The position numbers and the translations under genes were made by a program. A stretch of 63,610 bases of DNA, the filler included, from Octopus bimaculoides (lineage: Eukaryota), in the NCBI RefSeq assembly GCF_001194135.2. It is 5 parts of 3 records of this genome, joined end to end, with 100 filler letters (N's around TTAATTAATTAA, not from the genome) between each part and the next. Parts side by side here need not be neighbours in the genome. Positions count along the whole stretch, not along the records: positions 1 to 30,819 come from NC_068981.1; 4 more parts are not named here. One strand, written 5' to 3'. Shown piece after piece: positions 12,773 to 26,531 of this stretch (the stretch's first letter is position 1; the number at the start of each line of letters is the position of its first letter). The notes below the pieces were generated by a model. It was not told the DNA's origin. It made no database searches and saw only the letters and a program-made list of their open reading frames with translations.

Positions 12773-15041
12773 CTGAAAGAGAAGAGAGGGACAATAATGA
12801 GATTATCAAAATACAATATTCAAAACTAATTTTCATAAGTAATAATTTGGATGAAGTGGTGAGGACCAATCACAGGATTTTGGGGGTTGCAGAGGAAATG
12901 ACAATGGAATGTGATGTCTGGTGATATGAGGTTCTGGAGAAGACCCACTCATGTCAGTAAACTTGGATTCTAGAAGCGTTGTGTTCCACCCACACATAAA
13001 ATTTTCATGTAACTTACCCCAACAAACCAAACCACATCCCGTATTCCCAAACTGATTCTCTTCCCTTCCTCACATTTCCTCTTCACACACGATTATCTCC
13101 GACTCCTCAATCCAGTCCTCACTACCCTGCTCACTGTATCATTGCGTTCCCCTATCCCCTCCCACTCTATATACCCAGATTCTCACCAGTCACAGCATTC
13201 CCCACTCCAACTCCCTACCCGCAACCTCTTGGCTACCATTCATCTCTCTTTTCCTTATTCTACCATACCATCTATGCCCTGATTCTTGTTCCTTGCAAGT
13301 ATACCTTGACACTTACTGCCATCTCTATCCTGCTCTTGGTGTCTACTACTCTCTCTCACTTTCCCTTGCTCCTCCTTCTGGCTGAGTAATCATGTATCTC
13401 CTCTACAGCAACAAACCTGTTTCTACCCTCATTCTTGATCACTCTCCCACCTTCTCTTGCTCTTACCTCTGGCTAGGTAATCATATATCTCTTTTTCAGC
13501 AGCATACTTCTTTCTTGTTAACTCCCCCCTTTCTCTCTAGGTAACTGTCCCTCCTCTTCAGCAACACACCTGTTTCTGCCCTCATTCTTGTTAACTCTCG
13601 CTTTCTTTCTCTCCCTTTCTTCCTTTCTCTCTCCCTCTTTCTGGCTGGGTAGTCTCTGTCACACTCTAACCTTTCATTATATGACACAAAATCACCTCCT
13701 CCAATGCCCCCTCCCCTCTCAAAAATTCCTTCTCTTGCAAGTTATTTGGTGACCCTGTCGGAGCTGGTGTCACATTAGAAGTCTACACTGTGAAGTGGTT
13801 GGCATTTGGACAGGCATCCAGCTGTAAAACCCATACCAAAACAGACCTTGCCTGTGTGAGTGCCATGCTAAAAGCACTTTGCCCATTTTGCAGAGTGGTT
13901 GGTGTTAGGAAGAGCATCCAGCTGTAAAAACCATGCCAAAACAAACACAGAAGCATGGGTCAGGCTCCTGCCAAGCCAGCTCCTGTCAAATCACCCAACC
14001 CATGTCAGCATGGAAGATGTTAAACGATGATGATAATGATGATGAATAAAGGTTCCTGGGTCTCCTAACCATGCATTAATAAAGTGTTACCATATCAGGA
14101 AATCCATATTTAGCCTAGTCAATAAACTGTTAGTCCAGTGTTCTATTACAGAATCAAAATGGTTGAGTGAATATGGTGTTGAACTGCCACTGTGTAGGTC
14201 TTTGATTTAAAAATACTGCAAGTAGTATACTAAAAACACTAAACAGTATGGATGTACTTTATTTTAACTAGCCATCAGAGTAAAGTCAAACAAAAATTTC
14301 TGAGAATGTTATCAAAGATGGACCACTATCCAATGCCAATCCAACAGAACACTTGACAGCCATTTACCCAATACCAAAAGCCAAAGCTAAGGACCACCTT
14401 TGAAAAGCTTCTCAGGGCCTTAAGAAAGATTGATACCACAAGCAGATTCCTTAGGTATGCTCACAGCCTGGTGGCTGTCACAAACAGAACATCATTGCAA
14501 ACCAGAAAATGCAAGTTTATTTCAAAACCAACAAAATATATTTATATACCTACTGAAAGGTGGCATCACTAACAATTCCAAGTTCAGATGAACAAAGATC
14601 AAAGGGCTCCAAGCAAAATAAAGAGGGTTTATTTTATTTTTTTGTTTTAGCTAGGCAGATTAATACAAGATAATCTTGCCTTATGACATAATACATCTAC
14701 TGTTGTTCTGGCCCATTTTAGCCATGACTGAAAGCATTTCAGTTATAAACATCCCAATCTTTTCTCAGGCATTGTATATCTTGGACAACATTATTCAATG
14801 TATTTCTCCATGTTTAAGACAATATAGCATAATTTGAGGAAGATTTGGCTGTTATTTTTTAAGTGGTTGATCATTAGTTCAATAATACAATAGATCCAGA
14901 GGAAGTGGCAGTGTGTGTATGAGTACTCTAGCACCAGAGAAATTGATACAGTAAACATAAACACTGGCAGCTAATTACAAGAGCCGTGCAAAAATATGAA
15001 AATACAATAATAGAGGAAATAGAAAAAGAAAGCAAACCTAC

Positions 15042-15326
15042 CTGTTCAGTCAAAGCAATGTCGCCAATGAGATAGGACCGGAGATCGAGTAGCCATGCCA
15101 TAGCAACAGTCCATCCACGGACTACCCCTTTCAGCCAGGCCCTAATATAACCCTGTTCAAGCAAGGCTGGTAAAACAACTTGCAACAGGAGAAGCTCTAG
15201 AGAAAGCTCACTCATAGCGGCGTCGCTGTTGAGAACAGCATTGTAAGGTAGGAACTGTGGCATCACCTTCCGGATCACTCGGACTGGTAGCCACAGCATC
15301 AAGAGAACGGTACTTCCAAATATAAC
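15042..15326 (-). CDS. MARCHF6: MARCHF6 exon VIFGSTVLLMLWLPVR...SELSLELLLLQVVLPALLEQG...GDIALTEQ
   Basis: tag/gtaggt boundaries, 285 nt; SELSLELLLLQVVLPALLEQG is identical to human. Confidence 0.97.
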
Positions 15327-15689
15327 CTACAAATAGAGTTAGTTGGGAAAGATTAAAGAAAAGAAGGGGAAAAAAAAACATTCATGTTATTTATATTACA
15401 ATCAAGAAAACAAACAAACAAAAGAGCAAGTATCAAATCAAACTAAGAGTTGATTACAATGTGCATGAGCATTTGTTTGTACTTTGCTGCACATCTGACA
15501 TGTGTATGCATAAGCATTCAGGTGTGTGTGTGAGTGTATTAATATTCATATCTGTGTGTATGCATTAGCATCCATATATGTGTAGCCTTAGCATTTATAT
15601 CTGTGTACAAGTATTCATGTGTGTGTTAGCATTCATGTGCATATGCATTATGTGTAGGCGGCAGTATTCATGTGAGTACGTATTAGGAT

Positions 15690-15835
15690 TCATGTGTGCA
15701 TGTATGTGCTCGTATTCATGCATATATGCATTTGTATTTAAGCATATATGCACTTGAATTCATGTGTGTATGTGCTTGTATTCATGCATATATGCATTTG
15801 TATTTAAGTGTATATGCACTTGTGTGTATGTGCTT
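15690..15835 (+). repeat. Degenerate ~65-bp tandem repeat (GTATTCATGCATATATGCATTTGTATTTAAG..) within a TG-rich tract
   Basis: Two near-identical units at ~15700 and ~15766. Confidence 0.7.
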
Positions 15836-17648
15836 GTGTCCAAAAATGTGTATGTATGGGATCATGTCCTTGTATGTGGATATATGCATGTAAACTTTCA
15901 TGTCTACTTATATGCATGTATGAGTGCTTCCTTGCATGTTTGTCTGTAGGAGTGTGGTTTCTAATACTAACATAGTGCTACAAATATGAAGTGGAACGCT
16001 GAATTCAACTCCATACCTACCTGGTATTTATATTATCATCCTTAGAAGAATAAAAAGCAAAGTTGACCTCACTATTAAGTTAGAAGAGATGTAACAAATG
16101 CTACACAGTATTTTGTCTTGTATGGCTCTTATTTTGCAATCCATTAACCTATTAGATGTGGGGGTGGGAGAGTATATACATCGGTGCAGGTATGGTTGTA
16201 TGGTTTAGAATTTCACTACACAACCATGTAGTTACAGGTACATTCCTACTGTATGGCATTATGTGCAGCTTCTGTAGCCCTGGGCTGACTAATGTCTTGA
16301 AAAATTGGAAGTTCAAAACTGTACAGAAGCCTGGTGCATGGGCTATAAGTTGTGTGTATTTTTTTTTCTTTCTACATCAACCCAAAAGGTTAAAGAAGTA
16401 TCCTTAGAAAAAAGTTAATCCAATAAAACTCAGCTCACTGCAAACGATTCGTGAAATGATTTAAACTCATCACAGCTAGCTTACAAATCAGTCATCAACT
16501 GTATAGTTTATAACCTATCATCAGCCCATCAATGCACTGTCATTAATCAACTCTTAATAGGCCCAGTTCATAAATAAATAAATAAATTCTGGAGAATATG
16601 AACAACACCTCAGTTATATATTACAGCAACACTCAAAACTGGACAAGTGGTTATTAGCTTGACATGCTGAATTCAATCCCTTTTGTTTATGCCTGTGGAA
16701 ATTCTACCAATATTCAGACTAGTCTCCACTGCCAACAGCCAACTCTACCACTGGACTAATTACAAGCTGCCAATCAATGTTAATTTTGTGATCATATTTC
16801 TTAAATACAATGATTGTGTATATAAACTCACTTTTGTAAACTAGTAAAATAATGAACATTTCATTATTAAGTCAGTATTTAAGGTAGAGGATTGGCAGAA
16901 TCAGAAAAGCGTTGGATAAAATGCGTTGTGGTATCTAATCCAACTCTTTACTTTCCAAGTTCATATCCCACCTGGTCAATTTTATCTCCACTCACTGATA
17001 AACCAAAGTACCAGTGAAGTATTAGGGTTGATGTCATCAACAAACTCCACCCAGCAAATTACTGACCATGTTCCTCTATTAGAATTTTCAACATAAACTT
17101 ATGATGAAAGGTTTTAATAGTTACAATGGTGTTCTTTCCCAACCATAACATTAGAAGACAAATTAGAACTATCTGATGCAAAAATAAAAATATTAATCTA
17201 TGGCTACTATTATCATTATTAACTTTACATTAAGTACAAAAGACAACTCTGGATATGTTCAAGTCTTATTGTGGCCTCATTAGTGAAACATAGCTTTGCC
17301 ATACTTGACAAAATAGTGAAGCTAACACACAAGATTATACATTATTTAATGAAGGAGAAGAGAATTGCTTAACTCTTGATACCAACCTGTCTGAAACTGC
17401 CCTCGGTGTCTATGATACAAATTCCCCTTTTTAAAATGATTTAAATGAAAACCTCCCATTAAAATTGTAAGTTAATTTATGTTCCAAACACCAGCTTAAT
17501 AACGACAAAGTTATTTTACTAAATTCCTTATTATTTTCAGAATTACTGAAACAAAAGCAGCACATTTCAATAGAAATATAACAAAAGGGTAAATAAGTCA
17601 TTCAAAAATGCCATATTCAAAGAAACAAACCAGGAAAAATGTACTCAC

Positions 17649-17699
17649 AACGGAGGCAATAAATCTACGGACATGCCTATAGACAGGTAGGTGGATCAT
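17649..17699 (-). CDS. MARCHF6: MARCHF6 exon MIHLPVYRHVRRFIASV
   Basis: cag/gtgagt boundaries, 51 nt; human MIHLPIYRHLRRFILSV. Confidence 0.94.
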
Positions 17700-18331
17700 C
17701 TGAAACAGACATGGAAAGACACTTCTCATTATTTGTCAAATATCGTAGAAAAAAAAATACAAAACAGCAGATAACTCACATGCATCATTTCACAATGTCT
17801 TCCATTACTTATACTAGTTAGCTCTTCAGATTAACAAGTGAGCATGCAGCTCTGTTAGCTCGACCTACTAAACAGTAGCCAAATCTACTACATATCATAT
17901 CCACTTTTAAAAGCAAAGAACATAGTCCTTTATATGCCCATAAAAAGCAAGAATAGCCATAGTTGAAATTCCTTTGACTAGATGTCTACTGTATCAGGGT
18001 TCAACAAAGACCAACTTTCTTTAAAGATATAGCATAAGTTCCTAAACTTTGGTGACAGGACTGTTAAGTAAATGAAAAACAACTCTCTCCCTGCTCAAGA
18101 GACTAGTAGATTGCAAGTAACTTTCCCAGAAGTTTTGGTATTTATTCCCAACAGCTAGGTGTGCTAATGCATCAATTGAAACTTCCATGTATTGCTCAGG
18201 ATAACCATTACTTCATTCCAAATTCAAATCTAGTTCCCCAAACTTTAACTGTATAAACATCACATTAAATTAATAGTTATCATTACATTAAGGTTGTAAG
18301 TAAATATAAAAGACAAATACAAAGAAATTAC

Positions 18332-18535
18332 CTCCTGAATAGGGTTAAATTCCGGATCATTCAAATTCCTGAGAAACCACAACAACCCAGGTCTCAACAC
18401 TTCACGCAAAAGTAAAATAAATGAAGCAAAATAGAAAACATACACCATCCCAACTAGCCAGTGAACAAACATTGATGTTCCTGGAGCTAGATGGAAGCTG
18501 TTTTTTCTCTCTTTTAAGGTTGCATCAAACATTGC
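18332..18535 (-). CDS. MARCHF6: MARCHF6 exon AMFDATLKERKNSFHLAPGTSMFVHWLVGMVYVFYFASFILLLREVLRPGLLWFLRNLNDPEFNPIQE (TD domain)
   Basis: cag/gtaatt boundaries, 204 nt; near-identical to the TEB4-Doa10 domain. Confidence 0.97.
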
Positions 18536-19533
18536 CTGCAATAATAACCAAAATAACATGAATGGTAATAATGAAGTTTTGAAACAGTGAAAATGACAAA
18601 ACAATTTTTCACAAAATAAGCCAAGGATTTTTAACCATTTCTGTTCCATTTACCCCCTTGAAAGTAAATTCACTCCCATTCTGAGGTTTTTTTTTTTCTT
18701 TTAGTAATTGGAGTTTACACACCTTAATAAAACAGCCAGCAGAAGAGGAATGTTAAAATACTGTTTTTAGACATTTATTAATTCAAGTTCAAATAACAAT
18801 AGCACACAGCCATGATTTTTCATTTATTTATGACTTAATGATCAATAGATACCAGAACCGGACAAATATTCTGAATTAGACTTCTCTACTAGCAACATAA
18901 TAATTAAGAAGTAGATTGTTAAGTTCCAAATGGTAGAAAGAAAAGCAAATTGAAGTTTTTCACAAAATATACTTCAAATTATTTTTATCAAATTCAGACT
19001 TTTTTATAATTATATATCAAGAAAAAAATATATACAAATCTAAAATCAGCAAATTTACTCTCTTGGTAGGCAAAATTTACTCCCTGGTGGTAAGTTTAAC
19101 TCATGATATATGGTCTTTTTTATTTTCCTTAACAACTACCTAGAGAAATTAAAGATGCTGGTTTTATGCTAAAGGATTTTTAGGGGTCATTTTCTTGCAT
19201 CTTATTATTTACAGCAAAATTTAAGTCCAGTAATGCAATCATATGTGAATAATATGGGACCTACTAAACTCGATTTTAATTAGTCCAACTAAACTAAGTC
19301 TCCACTATGCTATTTTTAACACAAAGAGTACATAACTTATCTAGATTTATATAGCAGAGCCAGAATATATATCATATTTGTATCATCCAAAGTTGACACT
19401 GCGTATTACAAAATACCGAGTTGGTGTGTAGCGTGGCAGTCAGAGAACATATTATCTGTTTTGTTTTGTTTTTAATGTAGAGCAAAAAAGATATGGAGAA
19501 AAAGTAAGGAATAAAAATTCTAGAAACACTTAC

Positions 19534-19648
19534 CAGAGAACACACATCGAGCCACCAGCCACAAATTAATGGGAACACTCCAATCTCCACTACAACAAGT
19601 AGTTTCACTTTAACAACAACATAGCAAAGTCCAATAAGCCTCCTGAAT
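19534..19648 (-). CDS. MARCHF6: MARCHF6 exon (R)FRRLIGLCYVVVKVKLLVVVEIGVFPLICGWWLDVCSL
   Basis: aag/gtaagt boundaries, 115 nt; EIGVFPLICGWWLD motif. Confidence 0.96.
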
Positions 19649-20001
19649 CTTGAAGGAAAAATAAAAAGGAAAATATTCATCATCATCATCATTTAACATC
19701 CTTTTTTCCATGCTGCCATGGGTTGAATGGTTTGACAAGAGACGAACCAAGGGGCTCTGCCAGGTTCTACGTCTGTTTTGGCACGGTTTCTACAGCTGGA
19801 TGCCCTTCCGAATGCCAACCACTTAACAGAGTGTACTGGATGCTTTTTACATGTATGGATGTGGTAAAAACTTTGCTTCCCAAACACATGGTTTCTGGTT
19901 CAGTCCTACTACTTGGCACCTTAGGCAAGCTTCTACTATAGCCCTAGGCTGACCATAGCATTGTGAACAGATTTGGTTGGCTGAAACTGAAAGAAGACCA
20001 C

Positions 20002-20046
<45 letters not shown>

Positions 20047-20176
20047 ACAAACACACACACGTGTATATGAAGGACATCCACTGTAGAAAACTCATGTAAA
20101 CAAATTCCATCTGACCCATGCAAGCATGGAAAGTGAACATTAAAATGATTATGCTATATTATGTGTGTGGGTGTGT

Positions 20177-20223
<47 letters not shown>

Positions 20224-20253
20224 AAAATTTCCAGAGAAGAGTGTTCAACATAC

Positions 20254-20363
20254 CTTTTGATGCGCACCAGAGCACAAAGAAGGTAGAGGGATACAAGACC
20301 CAATGCAAATACAATGTAACCAGTGAGGGCAGTTAAGAGGCCTTCAAAATGGGATGCCACAAC
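20254..20363 (-). CDS. MARCHF6: MARCHF6 exon VVASHFEGLLTALTGYIVFALGLVSLYLLCALVRIK(R)
   Basis: cag/gtatgt boundaries, 110 nt; ASHFEGL motif. Confidence 0.95.
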
Positions 20364-20572
20364 CTGTATTAATAACAACAGTATTTTTGTAAAGAAGGAG
20401 ATACAGATGGAGCAGAAAAATGAAAGAAACAATAAATTAGAGTAAGAATGGTAATTAAAAAATGAGATCATATGAAAGTGAATGAGGAGATAGAGAAGCA
20501 GCAAATGAAGAGAGAAAGTGAGAAGAAAAGAGAGAGACGAGAAAAGAAATAGTAACTGATATTTTAACTTAC

Positions 20573-20631
20573 AAAATCATCAATTTTAAGGCCAACCAAA
20601 GTAAAATGACCAATGTGATATGGACAAAATG
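20573..20631 (-). CDS. MARCHF6: MARCHF6 exon (A)FCPYHIGHFTLVGLKIDDF
   Basis: cag/gtaagt boundaries, 59 nt; AFCPYHIGHF motif. Confidence 0.95.
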
Positions 20632-21261
20632 CTGGAACAAAGAAAAAAAAACAGTGTTTCATAAAATGTAAGAGGAGAATCCAAAAGATTGTACAGAACA
20701 GTGCAGGCTCAAATGCTTGGAATAGAGTGGACGCAACTAAAAGCATCCAAGGACCAGATGATGGTAGTAAACCAGACAACAAATTAAGTATACAACCAAG
20801 TCAGTCATGGCAAACTTTCAACTCAAAATGCAAAGAGCTAGAACAAATACCCTGATGCTTCCCATCCAATGCTCTGATTTCGACCAGTCCACAGCTCTAG
20901 ACTGATATTTATGAACCCCAAAAGATGAAAGGTAAAGTTTAACCATCACAAAATTTGAATTCGGAAGGCAGGAAGCCAAAATAGATACCACATGGCATTT
21001 TAGCCACTGCTCTAACTTCACCTTCCCAATATGCACCACTCATCAATACATTAACAATACAGATACACTGTACCAGCTTAGTCAAATTGTGCTATACGGA
21101 TGACAAATATCTTTGGTGCTCAGCCACTTTTTGCCTTCATTGTTCATGCAAGCTAGCATACACTTCCCCCAATTTTGTAGAATACTTTTTCTTTTTTTTT
21201 TTTTAATGATATCAATAACGTCTATTTGAAAATATAAATAGTCATGTAATGTAATACTTAC

Positions 21262-21313
21262 CAAACACCAAGATGAAAAGTGTATTCAGAGATACAACCC
21301 AGAAAACATGCTC
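21262..21313 (-). CDS. MARCHF6: MARCHF6 exon EHVFWVVSLNTLFILVF(A)
   Basis: cag/gtaagt boundaries, 52 nt; identical to the human peptide. Confidence 0.96.
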
Positions 21314-22381
21314 CTGAAGAAGACAGAAAAAAAAAACATAGGTGACTGAAAAGCTGATAACTATTTCAGATATTTTCTCACATTATTTAAACGTAATGAA
21401 GCAAACCTATATAAATATAAAAACTGATCAAATTTTTACAAAATATTTTTCTTTTTGGGAACACGCTTTTTTTTCAACACTTTTATATGGATATATATAT
21501 ATAAACTAACCACATTATCTTTCTAATGTTTGCACAATTTTTGCCTATTTGTGTATTTTCACATATAGTATGGGAACAAGTGCTTGTTATTTAGCTACAT
21601 GTCCTTCCTATGGTCAGATACACAATTGTGAAAGGAGGAAAATGGAATCTCTTGTTGCTGTTATTATATTAGCCTGAATTTCATCCTCATTTAGCAGATA
21701 TTTCAGTCATTACCATCCTCTCTTGATATACAGATATATATATCCAGGACTACATTATTCAATGTGTCCTTCCTTTTTAAAAAAAAAAAAAAAAAACTAA
21801 AATGGTAAGATATGATTTCTGGAAGACTGAATGCTATTCAGGTGAAGTAGCCATGAAGGAGCTCCCAGACTGTCTCAAGTGGAATCTTTTTTTCGGCCGA
21901 ATTGCTTGAGCTTAGTTAAAATAACTGGTCAGTTAAATAGGACATAGTCAGGAGTTCAAACTTTAATTCAAAGTCATTGTGTTATCACAACTAAAAGCCT
22001 CTCAGGGTGGCCTCAGGCAGGTTGGTATCAAAAGATTTAATGCTACAGAAAGCATAAGTAAGCATTGGCCTTATGTACCATTAAGATTCAGAAAACAAGC
22101 TTATTCATTTAGCATCTCGTTCTCTTGACCTACCAACAACAGCATAAATTATTTTATCCAATATGAATATCATCACCATCATTTTCACATCTGTTTCCCA
22201 ATGGGTTGAATGGATTGTCATAGTCCAAGTCAGTCCTTATTGGTTGCAGTTACCCTCAAATAACTATGCCTTACTCAAAAAATTCAAGTCATTGCTAGTT
22301 CAGATGACATTCATTTGGGGTCAGTGAAAGAAGTTAAAATACCCCATAAAAACATATATACATCTTGTGAAATATACTTAC

Positions 22382-22414
22382 AAGAAACACCAGAGAGCCA
22401 TCTAAACCCAACAA
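22382..22414 (-). CDS. MARCHF6: MARCHF6 33-nt microexon LLGLDGSLVFL
   Basis: cag acceptor after a pyrimidine tract, gtaagt donor; fills exactly the interval between TWER and EHVFW (human MLGLDGSLVFL). Confidence 0.93.
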
Positions 22415-23149
22415 CTGAAAAGAAAGAAATACGACCCATTGTTAGATATCATGTTAATTGTACATGGGCTGCATCAGTAAAACTACTGAAATCACTGGCT
22501 AAAATATGTCTGCATTTATATTTGCATAAAAGAAGAAAATTTAATCCAATAACACTAGTAAATCATAAGGTTTTCATTTGACAAAGTTTTTGTGACCACA
22601 GATGCATATATATTTGATAAGATAATGGATAACCAACCAAGAACTCAATAGATTGCATCCAGTCCTCAGTATTGTATATATAGTGTCCACGATCAGAACA
22701 CTCAAATGGTCCAAGTACTGTAGTGTAGACACAACTTGGTCAAGTCTAGTGTAGCACTATAATTTCTGTTACTACACAGTCTTGTAGTTTCAAATCTTGG
22801 CAGAGGGCCAGTAATTTTGGAGGGAGGGGGCAAATTGATTATATCAACCCTGGTATTTGACTGGCACTTATTTTTATCAACTCCAAAAGGATGAAAGGCT
22901 AAGTCAATCTCAGTGGAATATGAATTCAGGTTATTACTCAAGGTAAGAACCTAAGAGAGGGTGTCATGTCCTTGTGCAGAGGGACTTCTCAACCTTATAC
23001 TGTCTTCACTCATTTGCTAACCATTTTACAGAGTGTAATAGACTGCCTTCGGTCATGAATCACCATGGGATTGAACTTAGAAAATTCCCCTCCAGGGCAC
23101 AAGTCCAGGCAAGGTTATTTGTGGAAGAGAAACAGTCACCTATGCATAT

Positions 23150-23372
23150 CAATCTCTCCTCTCCACACCACCTATGTTATCCAAAGGAAAGGCAGAGGCC
23201 AATACAGTTTGGTACCAGTGCTGTCGCAATTCCCTTCTACAGCTGAGTGGACTGGAACAATGTGAAATAAAGTGTCTTGCTCAAGAACACAACACACAGC
23301 CCAGTCCGGGAATCAAACTTGCAACCTCACAATTGTAAGCCCAATACTCTAACCACTGAGCTATGCACCTTC
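23150..23372 (-). mobile_element. tRNA-derived SINE with Meta-domain-like core
   Basis: Minus strand: A box TAGCTCAGTGG, B box GTTTGATTCCC, then TTCTTGAGCAAGACACTTTA; relative at ~55320-55420 (+). Confidence 0.75.
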
Positions 23373-24337
23373 TTAGAGAGTATACTAGGTACATTTTATC
23401 ATGGCATCAATACTAGTGAGGTTGTCTTGTGTTCCACAAAGCTAAGGAGCCCCTAAAGAGTTATAGCTTTTAGTGGCCTTTGCCAAAGACAATCATAACC
23501 AATGACAAGACCCTTCAGCAACTAATTTGCATGGCAGCATTACGATCATTATACAAACCTTAGAGCAAGACTTATGCCTTGCTTAATTGATCAGCCTGTT
23601 ATCAGAAGAGTAAATCAATAATTCAACTTTTCAAATTCTATAGCATTCCTATCAGCAACATCTAATTTTCTGAGTACACCCACACAATAAAAGTAAACAT
23701 TGAAAGTTAACAAAAACATGTCAAATTTGACAGTACTGTGGATGCTTGCATTGGTAAGTTGTTCTTATTTTGCAACACCTTTCTAAATGTGGGTAAACAG
23801 AGCCAAGGAGACATACAGCATAGCACAGCTGAGATTATGCTAAACTGCTTAACTCTTGATTGACTTGTCAGTACACTACCTGGCACCATTGGATGTGAAT
23901 GTATTAAATGTTTACGATCCATTTTTTTGATAGACAGAGTTTAAAAAAACAAAACTAAATATAAAGAGGCATCAACATTCATCATTATCAACATTTAACA
24001 TAACATCCATTTTCCATGCTGGCATGGCTTGACAGGAACTGGAAAGGCCAGGGGCCACACCAGGTTCCATAGTTTTGGTTTGGTTTTTATGGTCAGATGC
24101 CCTTCCTAATGCCAACTACTCTACAGAGTGTACTGGGTGCTTTGTATGTGGAACCAGCACCCACACCAATGCTTTTCACATGGCACATTCGTTTTAGGAT
24201 CTCAATTATGTTGTGGCATACGAGTTTTCTTCAGCACAGCAATGCGCCACATATCTCAGTCCTCTGTCATCTAACGAAGATTTGAAATATAACCATGAGC
24301 TATGTCAATGAAAACTTAAGTAAGTTAGCCCACTTAC

Positions 24338-24399
24338 CCTTTCCCATGTAAGTTCTTCAGCAGCCCGATCCCATTCAATAGGATTCCAATTATTGTCAT
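24338..24399 (-). CDS. MARCHF6: MARCHF6 exon (D)DNNWNPIEWDRAAEELTWER
   Basis: tag/gtaagt boundaries, 62 nt; EWDRAAEELTWER motif. Confidence 0.96.
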
Positions 24400-24867
24400 C
24401 TAAGGAAGAGAAAAAAGAACATTAACATTGTAGGAGAGGAAATTAAAAGAGTATTAAAAGGTAAAACAAATGAAGCTGCAATGACAATGAAGATGATACA
24501 TATGTAGATGATAGCAGGAAAGATGGCAATAGCAATAAAGTTTGTAAGGACAAAGAAGATGAAGATAGCAAAAGTGAAATGATAATGGCAAAAACGATGA
24601 CAAATGAAGAGAAAGAATACAATGAAGAAAATGCTGTTGATGATGATGATGCTTTATAACTTTGGAACAAGATGACAAAATTTCAAGAGAGATTAACAAA
24701 TTTAATAGAACTGAGATGTGGTTATTTTATTGACCATTCCCATCCCACTCCACTGTGAGATTTGAAGTCAGGACAAAGAGAGATATAACTTAATCCCACA
24801 AGGAATTCTGTTCAACACATTACTGATTAAACCATCCACTACCCTAAACACAATTCTAATAATAATC

Positions 24868-25053
24868 TTCGTGCCAGTGACACGTAAAAGCACCTACTAC
24901 ACTCTCGGAGTGGTTGGCGTTAGGAAGGGCATCCAGCTGTAGAAACTCTGCCAAATCAGATTGGAGCCTGGTGTAGCCTTCAGGTTCCACCAGTCCTCAG
25001 TCAAATCGTCCAACCCATGCTAGCATGGAAAGCGGACGTTAAACGAACGATGA
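24868..25053 (+). mobile_element. SINE-like family A (..GTGGTTGGCGTTAGGAAGGGCATCCAGCTGTAG..CCCATGCTAGCATGGAAAGCGGACGTTAAACGAT, (GAT)n tail)
   Basis: Related copies at ~1260-1410 (+), 13780-14045 (+), 19675-19845 (-), 23985-24140 (-), 26532-26826 (+), 27040-27233 (+). Family name not assigned. Confidence 0.85.
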
Positions 25054-25500
25054 CTTCACAAATTTGTTCCATGTTCTATTACTTCTGCTACTTCACTCAC
25101 AAGGCTAACACCCTAATAACAATGTCAACAATAAGGATAATATAAATATATTTTTCTCTTCCTGTCTGGAAACCTACTAAATATTGATTATTATTATCTT
25201 TATAATAATGACTGCTGACGATAGCAGCAAATTGTGAAATACCAGCTTTGTGCCCAGTATGAAGCAGCAGCTTATCATCATTGTCAACATTTTAACATCC
25301 ACATGGGTTGGAGGGAATTTGATGAATCAGATTTACTACAGGAAGAGGCCTTTTCTGTCACCAACCCCAACCTGTTTCCAAGCCAGGTAATATTTCCCTA
25401 TGACTGGAGATGTTTCCATGGAAGACTGGAAATAGAAAACACCACTTGCATGATGGTGATACTTGCTCGCAAATCAGGCTATCACAGTAAGGAGACACTA

Positions 25501-25531
<31 letters not shown>

Positions 25532-26531
25532 GGGCTTCTTTCATTTTCCATCTACCAAGTTCACTCACAAGGCTCTATAGTAGGAGACACTTGGCCAAGG
25601 TATCATGCAGTGAGGTTGAACCTGAAACTATGTGGTTGGGAAGAAATCTCCTTGCCACACAGCCATGCCAATACCTTGATGCTGTTCACATCAATGCTGG
25701 ATGTTCAGTTAGCTAAATTTGAATATGTATACCAATATAATTAGGTTGGCTTGTATCACCTCAGGGAAATACGTATAGCCACAGATATGCAAGTCAGTGA
25801 TAACAATACAAACATCTCTCATAATTAGTAACAATGAGCAGGTATGCCATCTTCTGGAACACTCCCACCATCAATGATAATGAAAATATTACCAATAACA
25901 AGCCAGACGGTCATTAAAGAGAAAGCAAATAGAATTTATCAACTAGTGAATGGCTCCATTCTGTTTGACAAAGACAGAGACAATTATGCAAGATTAGAGA
26001 TTTACAGCTGATGGCATTGAATATGTAAGGAATAAAGAGCTATATAACCTCAATTATAATTGGAGTCTTTGCTCGTTCTGAGCTATAACAGAAGAGTCCA
26101 CTTGAAAGATTTTAAGGAGTCCCTCAAAGTAAATAACACAAAATAGCATTACTTAGCATAACCCATACAACACTAAATAGGAAGATGCAGATCAAAAACA
26201 CAACACATTCAAGACTGTATTTCTCTTGAAATTCATTGCTCTATGTTTCAATTAATTATGAAAATAATTAATAATTTGGTGAGACTATAAAAGTTTCATT
26301 ATTATAAACTGGTGTTAGGAACATAACTTAACAAAAGGTACTTGTACAAAATTTTGATGGTATTTTTAAATTTATATATAAACATTCTAAAAAAACAGAC
26401 TGATTTTGTATTATAAAACTAAGAAGTCTCAGGTAAGTAGGTATCAAAAGGGTTAATGTGATACTTAAATATTATTGTTACTATTCAAAATTGGTGTAGA
26501 TTGAATTAATGTTAAAAAATATTTCATAATG

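Noticed and set aside
12427-12829. +strand ORFs 12427-12765 and 12467-12829, and minus ORF 12559-12816
   Set aside because: Shadow frames of the GC-rich low-complexity MARCHF6 exon.
25210-25250. CTGACGA...GAAA (also CTGATGA at ~1388, 40108 and 43866)
   Set aside because: Stems II and I cannot be formed; consistent with chance matches.
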